DNA from: Candidatus Velthaea sp.
Lineage (GTDB): Bacteria; Vulcanimicrobiota; Vulcanimicrobiia; Vulcanimicrobiales; Vulcanimicrobiaceae
Assembly (NCBI GenBank): GCA_965214935.1
Contig: CBDCCS010000003.1
Span: 96,001 to 160,000 of the forward strand
Reading direction: 5' to 3'
Length of the DNA: 64,000 nucleotides
The notes beneath the pieces were generated by a model. That model saw only the letters and a list, made by a program, of their open reading frames with translations, made no database searches and was not told where the DNA came from. The translations under genes were made by a program, and so were the position numbers. This document shows, piece after piece, positions 9,115 through 19,652 of the stretch (position 1 is the first letter of the stretch; each line of letters opens with the position of its first letter).

Positions 9115-10317
9115 TTGGACGCAGCGGATCGCATGCTTTTTCTGGGATCGTTCCCGCCTCGGGAATGCGGCATTGCGACATTTATGAATGACGTAGTCGA
9201 AAGTTACGATACGCACTTTCGTACCGATAGCGCGATCATCGCGATCGACGAACCGGGCGGCGAAGGGCGCGACTATCCTGCGAAAGTCGTGGCGCGGCTC
9301 GTCCAAAACGACCGGAGTTCGTATGCGGCAATAGCCGGATTCGTCAATCGCAATCCGTGCGACGCGCTGAACATTCAACACGAGTACGGACTCTTCGGCG
9401 GTGAAGACGGCGAATGGATCGTCGACCTCATTACGGCAGTTACGAAGCCCGTCATCGTCTCGCTGCACACCGTGCTGCCGGAACCGTCGTTCAATCATCT
9501 GCGTGTCGCCCGACGCCTTTGCGCGGCGGCAAGCGCCGTCGTCGTCCTTTCGCAGACCGGGCGCGATATTCTCATCCGGCGTTACGGCGTCGATGAAGCC
9601 AAGGTGCGGGTCGTTCCGCACGGCGTTCCGGACGTTCCCTTTTGCCTTACGGACGCACCCAAAGCGGCATTTGGTTTTGCCGATCGTATGGTGATTTCAA
9701 CCTTCGGTCTCATCAATCGCGGCAAGGGTCTCGAATACGCGATCGATGCCATGCGCTCGATCGTCGCGAAGCACCCGCAGGCGTTGTACCTGATTCTCGG
9801 CCAAACGCATCCGGTCATCCGGCGCAACGAAGGTGAGACTTACCGCGAATCGTTGCAAGCGTCGATCGCGCAGTTCGGTTTGCAAGACAATGTCAAACTC
9901 GTCGATCGCTTTCTCGATTTCGACGAACTCGTGCATTATTTGCAGGCGACCGATATCTATCTCACGCCGTATTTGAATCCGGTACAGATCGTCAGCGGAA
10001 CGTTAGCATACGCGATCGGCTGCGGCAAAGCGGTCGTGTCGACGCCGTATTTGTATGCCGAGGAACTGCTCGCGCACGGACGCGGCTTCTTGGTCGATTT
10101 TCGCGATGCCGCATCGATTGCGTCGACGATCACGTCCTTGCTTGATGACCCGGATCTGCGCCGTTCGACCGAACGCCGTGCCTACCGATTCGGTCGCCGT
10201 ATGACGTGGCCGCACGTTGCCGCCGAGTATGGCCGGTTGTTCGACGAACTTGTGCCGCGGCGCGAACGTCCGGCGTCGGTTCGTTCACACGCCGCCGAGT
10301 TTGCGCTTCCGGCCTAA
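9115..10317 (+). CDS. Glycosyltransferase family 4 protein
   Basis: PPRECGIATF, NIQHEYGLFGG, TFGLINRGKGLEY, SGTLAYAIGCGKAVVSTPY. Confidence 0.9.
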   Translation: MDAADRMLFLGSFPPRECGIATFMNDVVESYDTHFRTDSAIIAIDEPGGEGRDYPAKVVARLVQNDRSSYAAIAGFVNRNPCDALNIQHEYGLFGGEDGEWIVDLITAVTKPVIVSLHTVLPEPSFNHLRVARRLCAAASAVVVLSQTGRDILIRRYGVDEAKVRVVPHGVPDVPFCLTDAPKAAFGFADRMVISTFGLINRGKGLEYAIDAMRSIVAKHPQALYLILGQTHPVIRRNEGETYRESLQASIAQFGLQDNVKLVDRFLDFDELVHYLQATDIYLTPYLNPVQIVSGTLAYAIGCGKAVVSTPYLYAEELLAHGRGFLVDFRDAASIASTITSLLDDPDLRRSTERRAYRFGRRMTWPHVAAEYGRLFDELVPRRERPASVRSHAAEFALPA

Positions 10318-10323
10318 CCGCGC

Positions 10324-11376
10324 GTGAACCTACGCTTCCCGGTGCTCGATCATCTTGTCGCTTTGACGGATGACACCGGCGTCATCCAGCATGCGACGCA
10401 TGACGTGCCGAACCGGGCGACGGGTTACTGCACCGACGATGTCGCCCGTGCGCTCATCGTTGCAGTCGACGCCGCGCGCAATCGGCCGACCACCGCGCTC
10501 GGAACCCGGCTTGTGACCACCTATTTAGCCTATTTGCACGATGCGCAGACCGACGACGGCTGGTTTCATAATTTCATGGGTTTCGATCGGACGTGGCAAG
10601 ATCGGCGTGGTTCGCCGGATTCGTTCGGCCGAGCGATGTGGGGACTCGGTTACTGCCTACGATTTGCACCGCGTGATTCGTGGCGGGCGCTCGCCGAACG
10701 ATTGCTGCGTGCCGGGATGCCGCACGTCGCAGACCTCGTTGACTTGCGTGCGAACGCGTACGTCGTTCTTGGTTCGGCGCACGCAATCGATGCCGCTCCG
10801 GCGCAAGCCGGCGATTATACCGACCTTCTTTCTACGGCCGCTGCGAAGATTGCGGCCGGCTTCGCGACGCATTCACGTGCGGAGTGGCAATGGTGCGAGC
10901 CGGTGCTCACCTACGACAATGCCCGACTTAGCGAAGCGCTCATTCGCGCCGGGACGACGCTCGACGAGCCGCGGCTTGTCGAAATCGGCCTGCAAATGCT
11001 CGATTTCCTGACCAGGGTGACGATCGAAGACGGCCGCTTCATGCCGGTCGGAAATAACGGGTGGTATCCGCGCGGCGGCGTCAAAGCGCGTTTCGGTCAG
11101 CAGCCGATCGAAGCCGCGGCGACGATCGACGCGATGCTGGCGGCGCGCGTGGTCAGCGGCGATGTCCGGTACTCGCGTAACGCTCAAATCGTTTTTGATT
11201 GGTTCGGCGGCGCGAATCCGGCTGGTTCGTCGCTCGTCGTCAACGGTGGCTGCTGCGACGGCATCGATCCAACCGGCATCAATGTCAATATGGGTGCAGA
11301 ATCGACCCTGGCCTATCTGCAAGCCTCGATTGCAATCGGCACGTCGACAAGCGCCAGGCTGCAAATAGCTCGCTAG
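10324..11376 (+). CDS. Helical-barrel glycosidase-like partner of the GT4 enzyme
   Basis: HLVALTDDTGVIQHA, GYCTDDVARAL, FHNF, LTYDNARL, QQPIEA, GGCCDG, NMGAESTL. This domain is commonly fused C-terminal to this GT4 subtype. Confidence 0.75.
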   Translation: MNLRFPVLDHLVALTDDTGVIQHATHDVPNRATGYCTDDVARALIVAVDAARNRPTTALGTRLVTTYLAYLHDAQTDDGWFHNFMGFDRTWQDRRGSPDSFGRAMWGLGYCLRFAPRDSWRALAERLLRAGMPHVADLVDLRANAYVVLGSAHAIDAAPAQAGDYTDLLSTAAAKIAAGFATHSRAEWQWCEPVLTYDNARLSEALIRAGTTLDEPRLVEIGLQMLDFLTRVTIEDGRFMPVGNNGWYPRGGVKARFGQQPIEAAATIDAMLAARVVSGDVRYSRNAQIVFDWFGGANPAGSSLVVNGGCCDGIDPTGINVNMGAESTLAYLQASIAIGTSTSARLQIAR

Positions 11377-11525
11377 CGGCGGCGCCATTTGTGAATGTGC
11401 GTCCTGTTTACTTTTGGTTTCCGTTCAAGGTCGTTTTGGCGCGTATTCGGAAGATCCTAGATCGGTCTTGACGTCGTAAGCTGCATTCATAGGCGAAAAT
11501 CGCCTATTTGGCGAACGTTGCTGCG

Positions 11526-13688
11526 ATGATTGTCGAGAGCGAACTTCTTAACGACGTTCAGCGGGCTGCTGTCGAGTGTACTGATGGTCCGGTTCTAATT
11601 TTTGCCGGAGCCGGTTCGGGCAAGACGCGAGTGCTTACGCACCGCATCGCATATCTCCTCAACACGAAAAATGTCTTCCCCGATCGCATCCTTGCGGTTA
11701 CGTTCACCAATAAAGCCGCAGGCGAGATGAAAGCCCGGCTCGAGCGCATGGTCGGTAACGTCGCTCGCGATCTGTGGGTCGGCACGTTCCACTCGATGTG
11801 CGTGCGGATCTTGCGGCGCGACGGCCGCAAAATCGGGATCGCATCGAATTTTGCAATCATGGACGACACCGATCAGCGTGCTATCGTCCGCGACATTCTC
11901 CACGATCTCGATTATGACGAACGGCAAATCGCACCCGGAGCAGCGCTTGCCGAAATCTCAAAAGCCAAAAATAATCTGTGGTCGGCCGATGAATACGAAT
12001 CGAAGAACTCGTCGTTTATCGGCGAACGCTACGCGACGGTTTACCGCGAGTACGAGCGGCGACTCAAAGAGTCGAACGGGCTGGATTTCGACGATCTGAT
12101 CGGGCGCACGATCGAGTTGCTTGAAAACGACGCCGACACCCGCGTCCGCTACCAGTCGAAGTTTCGCTACGTGCTCGTCGACGAATATCAAGACGTCAAC
12201 TTTGCGCAGTATAAGCTCGTTTCGATGCTGGCCGGCGAGCATAAAAATTTGACGGTCGTCGGTGACGACGACCAGTCGATCTATTCGTGGCGCGGCTCCG
12301 ATTACAAGATGATTCTGCGCTTTGAGGAAGATTTTCCGGGCGCAACCGTGTTTAAGCTTGAGGAAAATTACCGCTCGACGCAGTCGATTCTGTCGGCAGC
12401 GAACGAACTGGTTCAAAATAACGCGTCGCGACATCCGAAAACGCTTTTTACCAGCCGCGCTGCGGGCGAGCCGCTCACCGCGTACCAAGCGGAGTCCGAA
12501 CGCGCCGAGGTGCGTTACGTTCTCGAAAAAGTCAAGGAACTCGTTCGCGAGGGCGGAGCGTATCGCGACTTCCTCGTGCTGTATCGCACGAACGCCCAGT
12601 CGCGCGTATTCGAGGAAGGCTTCTTAGCCGAGGGCATTCCTTATCGCGTCGTCGGCGGCGTCGGTTTCTATGCGCGGACCGAGATCAAAGACATGCTCTC
12701 GTATCTGCGCTACATCACCAATCCGTCCGATGCCGTCGCGTTTCGCCGTATCGTGAACGTACCGCGCCGCTCGATCGGTCAACAGACGCTAGCGTCGCTG
12801 CTTGAAGCGGCAAACGCAGCGAACATGTCGGTCGGCCAAGCGGTGTTCGACAGCAACTTGCTCAAGCGCGCGGTGCCCAAAAAGCAACGTGAACTCGAAC
12901 GCTTCGCCGAACTTATCAGCGACCTCAAGACCAAAGTCGAGTCGTTTTCGATTTCCGATCTGCTTGTCGCCGTAATGGAAGAGTCGGGCTACCTACGCGA
13001 ATTGCAAGCCGACGAATCGAACGACGGCAAAGCACGAATCGAAAATTTGCAGGAGCTCATCGGCGTTGCGCGCGAGTTCGAGGCGCATCCGGACAACGGC
13101 AATTCGCTCGAAGATTTTCTGGCGAACATCGCGCTGGTCAGCGATCTCGATGCGCTCGACCCGGAAGCGTCGTTCGTCACTTTGATGACGATGCACGCCG
13201 CCAAGGGATTGGAATTCGCGAACGTCTTCTTGACCGGGCTTGAAGAAGGCGTCTTTCCGCACACACGGGCGTTGACCGATATGACCGAACTCGAGGAAGA
13301 GCGCCGCTTGGCGTACGTCGGCGTGACCCGTGCGATGGACCGCTTATATCTGTCATTTGCCGGCCGGCGTACGTTGTACGGCAACACGTTTAGCCATCCG
13401 AAATCGCGCTTTATCGACGAGATGCCGTCGGTCGAAGTCATCGGTGGAATCGGGATGGGACAGCGTCCGACCGGGGGCCGCTGGCGCGAAGTTGCCATAC
13501 ATGAAAACGCCGGCGCGGGCATCGGTCTCGACCTGCAGGAAGGCGATCGCGTTCGGCATCCCAAGTGGGGTGAAGGCACGGTCGTTACGGCAGCGGGCGC
13601 GGGCGGTGACGGGTTGCTCACGATCAACTTTCCCAACGTCGGGCAGAAGATGGTCATGCTTAAATACGCCCCACTCGAACGCGTGTAG
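11526..13688 (+). CDS. pcrA: ATP-dependent DNA helicase PcrA/UvrD
   Basis: AGAGSGKT, VDEYQD, GDDDQSIY, LYRTNAQS, TMHAAKGLEF, EERRLAYV, and a C-terminal Tudor-like GDRVRHPKWGEG. Confidence 0.95.
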   Translation: MIVESELLNDVQRAAVECTDGPVLIFAGAGSGKTRVLTHRIAYLLNTKNVFPDRILAVTFTNKAAGEMKARLERMVGNVARDLWVGTFHSMCVRILRRDGRKIGIASNFAIMDDTDQRAIVRDILHDLDYDERQIAPGAALAEISKAKNNLWSADEYESKNSSFIGERYATVYREYERRLKESNGLDFDDLIGRTIELLENDADTRVRYQSKFRYVLVDEYQDVNFAQYKLVSMLAGEHKNLTVVGDDDQSIYSWRGSDYKMILRFEEDFPGATVFKLEENYRSTQSILSAANELVQNNASRHPKTLFTSRAAGEPLTAYQAESERAEVRYVLEKVKELVREGGAYRDFLVLYRTNAQSRVFEEGFLAEGIPYRVVGGVGFYARTEIKDMLSYLRYITNPSDAVAFRRIVNVPRRSIGQQTLASLLEAANAANMSVGQAVFDSNLLKRAVPKKQRELERFAELISDLKTKVESFSISDLLVAVMEESGYLRELQADESNDGKARIENLQELIGVAREFEAHPDNGNSLEDFLANIALVSDLDALDPEASFVTLMTMHAAKGLEFANVFLTGLEEGVFPHTRALTDMTELEEERRLAYVGVTRAMDRLYLSFAGRRTLYGNTFSHPKSRFIDEMPSVEVIGGIGMGQRPTGGRWREVAIHENAGAGIGLDLQEGDRVRHPKWGEGTVVTAAGAGGDGLLTINFPNVGQKMVMLKYAPLERV

Positions 13689-13771
13689 CTGCGTTCAATC
13701 AGGCGCGAAGCGGACGTCATGGCGCCCGCTTCGCGGCCGCGCCGATCATAGAGCGGGAACATTCTTGAGTC

Positions 13772-14500
13772 ATGAGTGAGACGATCCGAGTCGGCGTGGC
13801 GGGGGCCTACGGCAGACTTGGCCGCGCGGCTTGCGCTGCAATAGCATCGGCGGCCGATCTAAAGTTGGCGGCGATCTTCGTACGCGATGCAGCGTCGCGC
13901 AGCGACGCCGGCGTCCCGTGCTTCGACGATTTCGAGGCGTTCTACGCCGCCGGGATGGACGTTGTCGTTGATTGCACCGTCTATCCCGTTAGTCTCGACG
14001 TCGCGCGCGAAGCCGTCGATGCCGGGGTCTCGCCGGTCATCGGTGCGACCGGCTGGACCGACGAAGATCTCGTCAGCTTTGCCGACCGCTGCGATGAAGC
14101 TGCGATCGGCGCGATGCTCGTGCCGAACTTTTCGGTCGGCGCGGCGCTGATGATGCGTTTCGCGGCGCAAGCGGTAAGCTTCATGCCCAGCGTGGAGATT
14201 ATCGAGATGCACCATGATGCGAAACGTGACATGCCCAGCGGCACGGCTCTCCTGACGGCGCAGCGCATCGCGGCTGCCGGCGGTCCGGCCGACGTGCCGA
14301 TCCATAGCGTGCGGCTTCCGGGACTGATCGCACATCAAGCGACGATCTTCGGCGCAACCGGCGAGACGCTGACGATCCGTCACGATTCGCTCGGTCGCGA
14401 TTCGTTCGCAGCCGGGATCGCGTTGGCCGCGCGCAACGTGCGGCTGCAGTCCGGTTTAGTCACCGGGTTGGACGATCTGTTGTTCGACAAACGTCCGTGA
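13772..14500 (+). CDS. dapB: 4-hydroxy-tetrahydrodipicolinate reductase
   Basis: GVAGAYGRLG, IGATG, PNFSVG, EIIEMHHDAKRDMPSGTA. Confidence 0.95.
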   Translation: MSETIRVGVAGAYGRLGRAACAAIASAADLKLAAIFVRDAASRSDAGVPCFDDFEAFYAAGMDVVVDCTVYPVSLDVAREAVDAGVSPVIGATGWTDEDLVSFADRCDEAAIGAMLVPNFSVGAALMMRFAAQAVSFMPSVEIIEMHHDAKRDMPSGTALLTAQRIAAAGGPADVPIHSVRLPGLIAHQATIFGATGETLTIRHDSLGRDSFAAGIALAARNVRLQSGLVTGLDDLLFDKRP

Positions 14501-15534
14501 AGGTCGGCCTTGTCGGCGCGACCGGGGTGGTCGGCCAGACGATTCTGCGCATTCTCGACGAACGGCACATCGCCGTCGATCGGCTCTTTGCATACGCGTC
14601 GCGCGATCGCGCCGAAGGCATCATTTTCCGCGAGGCGCAGGTAACGGTGTTTGCCGCTTCGATCCAGCGAATCGTCGCCGACGCGCCCGATGTCGTCTTC
14701 TTTGCATCGAGCGACGATGCATCGCGCGAGATGGCCGAGGCGCTGGCAACGAGCGGCGCGATCGTCATCGATAACAGCGCGACGTTTCGGCTCGACCCGC
14801 GCGTCCCGCTCATCGTTCCGGAAGTGAATGTCGAGGCGATCGGGCCCGACGACCGCATTTTCCCAGTCGCTAATTGCACGGCGATCGTGTTATCGGTTGC
14901 GCTGGCTCCGATCGAACGCAGCATCGGTTTGCGCAGCGTTCGCGTCGCGACTTACCAAGCCGTGAGCGGCGCCGGCCGCGCCGGCCTCGAGACGCTGGAA
15001 AACGAAGAAACCGCAGTCATCGCCGGCCGGCCGGTCGCGCATCCTGCCACGTTCGCGGCGCCGATTTTTCGTAACGTCGTGCCGCAGATCGGTTCGTACG
15101 ATGGTGACGGCGACACCGGAGAAGAAGTTAAAGTCGCGGCGGAAACATGTAAGATGCTCGGCCGTAGCGATCTGCACGTTGCCGCGACAACGGTCCGCGT
15201 GCCGGTTCGCCAAGCGCATAGCGAAGCGGTATTTTTCGAGACCGCGCGCGCAACAACGACGGCGGAATTACATGCGGCGTTTGCATCTGCACCCGGCGTC
15301 GTCTTTCATCCGCGCGGGATCGTGACGCCGCTCGACGTCGAGGGAACCGATCTGGTGCATGTCTCGCGGGTGCGGCCCGAAGCCGGCTCGGCGGTACATT
15401 GGCAAATGTGGATCGTCGGCGATCAGTTGCGGAAAGGTGCCGCCACCAATGCCGTACAGATCTTAGAAGCGCTCATCGCGCGCGGCCGCGTAGCGGGTGC
15501 GCGGACGCCGCACGGTGCCGCAGTCGCTTCATGA
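14497..15534 (+). CDS. asd: Aspartate-semialdehyde dehydrogenase
   Basis: VGATGVVG, IDNSATFR, PLIVPEVN, ANCT, YQAVSGAG, RVPV..HSE, DQLRKGAATNAVQI. Confidence 0.95.
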   Translation: MKVGLVGATGVVGQTILRILDERHIAVDRLFAYASRDRAEGIIFREAQVTVFAASIQRIVADAPDVVFFASSDDASREMAEALATSGAIVIDNSATFRLDPRVPLIVPEVNVEAIGPDDRIFPVANCTAIVLSVALAPIERSIGLRSVRVATYQAVSGAGRAGLETLENEETAVIAGRPVAHPATFAAPIFRNVVPQIGSYDGDGDTGEEVKVAAETCKMLGRSDLHVAATTVRVPVRQAHSEAVFFETARATTTAELHAAFASAPGVVFHPRGIVTPLDVEGTDLVHVSRVRPEAGSAVHWQMWIVGDQLRKGAATNAVQILEALIARGRVAGARTPHGAAVAS

Positions 15535-16745
15535 CCGCGATCGTCGTGCAAAAGTTCGGCGGCTCGTCGCTCGCGACGCGCGAATTGCGCGAGATCGCCG
15601 CGTCTCGCGTGCTTGCCGTTCGTGCAGCGGGTAAATTTCCCGTCGTCGTCTGCTCGGCAATCGGCCGCGCCCCGGATCCGTATGCGACCGACACGTTGGC
15701 AAAACTTGTCGAGCCGGCGCGCGGCGGGCCGAACCGCGATCTGCTCATTGCGTGCGGTGAAACGATCGCCTGTGCGATGTTCGCCGAACTCCTCGTTACG
15801 CTTGGTGCGCCGGCGCAAGCGATGACCGGCGGTAGTGCCGGCTTCGTTACCGACGAACGCTGGGGCGATGCAAAAATATTGCACGTTGACCCGGCGCGTG
15901 TCCGGCAGCTCATCGACGCCGCAATCGTGCCGGTTATTACCGGTTTCCAAGGCATGTCGGCGTCGGGCGCAACCACGACGCTAGGACGGGGCGGCAGCGA
16001 TTTGAGCGCAATCGCCATCGGCGACGCGCTCGACGCCGAGGCCGTCGAAATCTACACCGATGTCAGCGGTGTAATGACTGCCGATCCCAAGCGCATCGAG
16101 GGCGCACATACTGTCGAGCGGGTGAACTACGGCGAGATGGTGGAGCTTGCCGGAAACGGCGCCAAAGTCATGCACCACAAGGCGGCGCAATACGCGCACG
16201 ACACGTCGACGCCCTATCTCGTTAAAGGGCTGCGCTCGAACGTCGGCACGACGATCGACGATGGCGCGCCGGCCGATCGCGAGCAGCCGGTAACCGGAAT
16301 CACGTCGCTGCGCGACGTGACGTTCTTTCGTATCATCCAGGGTGAAGACGTCGAACATCGCGCCGAGCTCGACCTCATCATCTTCGAGCGGCTTGCGCTG
16401 CGCGATATCTCCGTCGACATGATCAATGTAAATAGTGCCGGCGTCTTCTTCGTATGTGATACCGAGAACATCGATGCGGTCCGCGCCGAACTTGGCAATC
16501 TTAATTTGGCGTTGCGCGTGCGACCGCACTGCACGAAGCTCTCGATCGTCGGTGCGGGGATGCGCGGTACCCCCGGTGTCATGTATCGCATCGTACGCGC
16601 AATCACGCAGGCCGGTGTCGAGATCATCCACTCGACAGACTCCAATATTACCGTGTCGGTCCTCATTCCGGAAGACGAGACGAATCGCGCCGAACAAGCG
16701 CTGCATGATTTCTTCCGGCTGGGTCGCGGAGCGACGGTCGCGTGA
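15531..16745 (+). CDS. dapG: Aspartate kinase (DapG-like) with ACT domains
   Basis: VQKFGGSS, PYATD, TTLGRGGSD, YTDVSGVMTADP, SIVGAGMRGTPGV; ATGA overlap with asd; asd-kinase-dapA gene order. Confidence 0.9.
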   Translation: MTAIVVQKFGGSSLATRELREIAASRVLAVRAAGKFPVVVCSAIGRAPDPYATDTLAKLVEPARGGPNRDLLIACGETIACAMFAELLVTLGAPAQAMTGGSAGFVTDERWGDAKILHVDPARVRQLIDAAIVPVITGFQGMSASGATTTLGRGGSDLSAIAIGDALDAEAVEIYTDVSGVMTADPKRIEGAHTVERVNYGEMVELAGNGAKVMHHKAAQYAHDTSTPYLVKGLRSNVGTTIDDGAPADREQPVTGITSLRDVTFFRIIQGEDVEHRAELDLIIFERLALRDISVDMINVNSAGVFFVCDTENIDAVRAELGNLNLALRVRPHCTKLSIVGAGMRGTPGVMYRIVRAITQAGVEIIHSTDSNITVSVLIPEDETNRAEQALHDFFRLGRGATVA

Positions 16746-17629
16746 AGGCGCTCGGGCGGTTGTTGACCGCGATGATTACGCCGTTCGCAGCCGACGGCAG
16801 CGTCGACGTCGATGAAGCTTGCCGGCTGGCGCAATATTTGGTCGCTCGCGGCAACGACGGCGTTGTCGTGAGCGGCACGACCGGTGAGTCCGCGGCGCTC
16901 GAGACTGCTGAGAAACTCGCGCTCTTCACGGCGGTGAAACAGCGCCTCGGTCGCACCGGCGTTGTGATTGCGGGGACCGGCGGTAATAACACACGCCATT
17001 CGATCGAGTTAACGAAGCAGGCGGCAGAAACGGGCGTTGACGCCGTGCTGGCGGTCGTACCGTATTACAACAAGCCCACGCCGGATGGCTTGCTCGCGCA
17101 TTTCGGCGCTATCGCCGAGGCGTGCGACATCCCGATCGTCATGTACAATATTCCCAGCCGCACCGGGCAGAATATGACCGCCGCGACGACGCACGAACTC
17201 GCCCGCCGCCACGTCAATATCGTCGGTATCAAAGAGTCGTCGGGTAACGTCGAGCAGCACGCGCAACTCATCGGCGGTAATCCGCGACCGGACGATTTCA
17301 CCGTATGGTCGGGCGATGATTACTTTTTTCTGCCGGCGCTGGCGCTCGGTGCGCATGGCCTCATCAGCGTCGCCGCGCACGTCGTCGGTACCCGCATTCG
17401 GGCGATGATCGACGCGTTCGATGCCGGTAACGTTGCGGCTGCCGGTGCGATTCATCGCGAGTTGCAGCCGCTGTTTACCGAGCTCTTTGCCGTTACGAGT
17501 CCGATCCCGGTAAAGTGGGCGATGAATTCGTTCGGCTTCAACGCCGGGGCCTGCCGGTCGCCGCTGGGTTCGATGCCGGCGGCGCTTGCAACGACGTTGG
17601 AACCATTGATCGCGCCCTACAAGCGCTGA
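16742..17629 (+). CDS. dapA: 4-hydroxy-tetrahydrodipicolinate synthase
   Basis: TAMITPF, GTTGES, PYYNKP, YNIPSRTG, GIKESSG, SGDD. Confidence 0.95.
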   Translation: MKALGRLLTAMITPFAADGSVDVDEACRLAQYLVARGNDGVVVSGTTGESAALETAEKLALFTAVKQRLGRTGVVIAGTGGNNTRHSIELTKQAAETGVDAVLAVVPYYNKPTPDGLLAHFGAIAEACDIPIVMYNIPSRTGQNMTAATTHELARRHVNIVGIKESSGNVEQHAQLIGGNPRPDDFTVWSGDDYFFLPALALGAHGLISVAAHVVGTRIRAMIDAFDAGNVAAAGAIHRELQPLFTELFAVTSPIPVKWAMNSFGFNAGACRSPLGSMPAALATTLEPLIAPYKR

Positions 17630-17633
17630 CGTC

Positions 17634-18392
17634 GTGCAATCGATCGACATTCTCGGCTGTCGCGTCGATGCCGTCAGCGCCGGCGCCGCCGTCGATCGAA
17701 TCGCGCAGCTCGCGGCCGGACCGGCCGGATCGCTGATCGTGACGCTGGGAGTCGAGATGGTCATGGCGGCGCGCCGGGACCGTGAGTTTCGCGCGATCGT
17801 GAACGGTGCCGCGCTGAGCGTCTGCGATACGATCGGCTTGCTGCTCGCATCTCGCTTGCGCGGCGGTCCGTTACGCAGCCGGGTGACGGGAATAGGCCTG
17901 CTGTCCGATCTCGCGGCTCGGTCAGCCGGCCGCGGCGATGTGCGATTGTATTTTCTGGGTGGCGCCGGCGACACGGCGCAGCGTGCGGCGACCCACCTTC
18001 TGCGACGCTTTCCGAATGCGCGCATCGTCGGCACGCATGACGGATATTTCGCCGACCCGCAAAGCGAGCGGATCGCCGCGACGATCGCTGCGACCGGTGC
18101 AAACGTGTTATGCGTCGGGCTCGGCAGTCCCAAGCAGGAACGCTGGTTCGCCCGGTACGGCGCGCAGACCGGGTGCGGCGCCGGCATCGGTGTCGGCGGC
18201 GCGTTTGACGTTCTGGCCGGCAATGTCGAACGAGCACCGCGCTTCGTGCAGCGCGCCGGCCTCGAATGGGCGTATCGATTGTTGCGCGAGCCGAGCCGCT
18301 GGCGGCGTCAATTGGTGTTACCGCAGTTTGCGCTGGCCGTCGCGCTCGACGCTGCGCACGCAAGGAGCAGACGGTCCGAAAGCTGTAGCTGA
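17634..18392 (+). CDS. WecB/TagA/CpsF family glycosyltransferase (GT26)
   Basis: RVTGIGL, YFLGG, HDGYF, VGLGSPKQE, GVGGAFD, RAP...GLEWAYRL. Confidence 0.92.
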   Translation: MQSIDILGCRVDAVSAGAAVDRIAQLAAGPAGSLIVTLGVEMVMAARRDREFRAIVNGAALSVCDTIGLLLASRLRGGPLRSRVTGIGLLSDLAARSAGRGDVRLYFLGGAGDTAQRAATHLLRRFPNARIVGTHDGYFADPQSERIAATIAATGANVLCVGLGSPKQERWFARYGAQTGCGAGIGVGGAFDVLAGNVERAPRFVQRAGLEWAYRLLREPSRWRRQLVLPQFALAVALDAAHARSRRSESCS

Positions 18393-18466
18393 CCTATCGT
18401 GATCCGTTGCATGCCGCCTTGTCGCATCGAGCGATCGCCTTGTCCTCAATGTTGCGGAGCTCCACG

Positions 18467-19492
18467 ATGAAAGCCATGATTCTCGCCGGCGGAATGAGCA
18501 CGCGCTTATATCCGCTCACGCGCACGGTGCCGAAACCTCTCGTACCGGTGGTCGGCGAGCCGATCTCGGCTCATGTCATACGGTGGTTAAAGTCGTTCGG
18601 TTACGACGAAATCGCAATCAACGTTCATTATCTCGCCGACACGATCAAAGAACGCTTTGGTGACGGATCGGAATTTGACGTCAAGCTTGAATATCTCTAC
18701 GAACCGAAGTTGATGGGCAGCGCCGGAGCGCTCAAAGCGCTGCAATCCTACTTTCGCGAACCGTTCGTCGTCGTCGGCTGTGATTGCTTGACCGACGCGA
18801 ATCTCGAATCGCTCGTCAGCTTTCATCGGAAAGCGGAAGCTCTCGCGACGATCGGTTTGGTTGAAAGTCCGGAAGTCGATCAATACGGTGTCGTCATCAC
18901 CGACGGGAGCGGTCGCATCACCGATTTCCAAGAGAAGCCGCCGAAAGGGACCGAACGCTCCAAGCTCGTCAACACCGGCATTTATGCGTTCGGTCCCGAG
19001 ATTTTTGATTACATACCGGCCGACGAATTTTACGATTTCGGCAAGCAAGTGTTTCCGGCTTTACGCGCGGCCGACGCCGCGTTTTACGGCTTCCGCTTAA
19101 CCGGCGCGTACTGGGCCGACATCGGCACACCCGATGAATACGTTCGGGCGACGGCCGACGCACTTGCCGGCCGCGTTCATTTGCGTGGCACGCGGACGCG
19201 CGGCATTGCCGGCGATGCAACGCTCGGCCACGACGTGCAAATCGAAGGCGACGTACGAGTCGGTGCGAAGGCGGCGCTTGGGGCGCGCGTTCGCGTGATC
19301 GGACCGAGCGTCATCGGTGATGGGGTAATCGTCGGTGCCGACGCGCGACTCGAGCGAGCGATCGTTTGGGATCATGCAACGATCGGTCCCGGCGCCGTGC
19401 TTACCGATACCGTCGTGGGCATCGATTACGCCGTGGTCGCGCAAACCGAATTGCACGACACGATCGTTGCCAACGAACCCGTCGTCAAGTAA
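18467..19492 (+). CDS. NDP-sugar synthase (second nucleotidyltransferase paralogue)
   Basis: MKAMILAGGMSTRLYPLT..PKP, FQEKP, VNTGIY, YWADIGT, and a hexapeptide tail. Confidence 0.9.
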   Translation: MKAMILAGGMSTRLYPLTRTVPKPLVPVVGEPISAHVIRWLKSFGYDEIAINVHYLADTIKERFGDGSEFDVKLEYLYEPKLMGSAGALKALQSYFREPFVVVGCDCLTDANLESLVSFHRKAEALATIGLVESPEVDQYGVVITDGSGRITDFQEKPPKGTERSKLVNTGIYAFGPEIFDYIPADEFYDFGKQVFPALRAADAAFYGFRLTGAYWADIGTPDEYVRATADALAGRVHLRGTRTRGIAGDATLGHDVQIEGDVRVGAKAALGARVRVIGPSVIGDGVIVGADARLERAIVWDHATIGPGAVLTDTVVGIDYAVVAQTELHDTIVANEPVVK

Positions 19493-19652
19493 ACCGCCGA
19501 CTACGTACAACTCGGTCGCCGGCGATGGACGAACGCCGTCGGCCGCGAATGCGGCTTACCGAAAGACGCGATCGTAGCGTCACCCCGGCGCTTTACGAAC
19601 GATTGGCCCTCCGATTGCTAGCCGGTTGGGATTACGGTGTGATCGATGCGCG

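Noticed and set aside
17009..18223. 404-aa minus-strand ORF and the many similar antisense or alternative-frame ORFs in the track
   Set aside because: They are shadows of well-supported genes in high-GC DNA, Arg/Pro/Ser-rich with no recognisable motifs.
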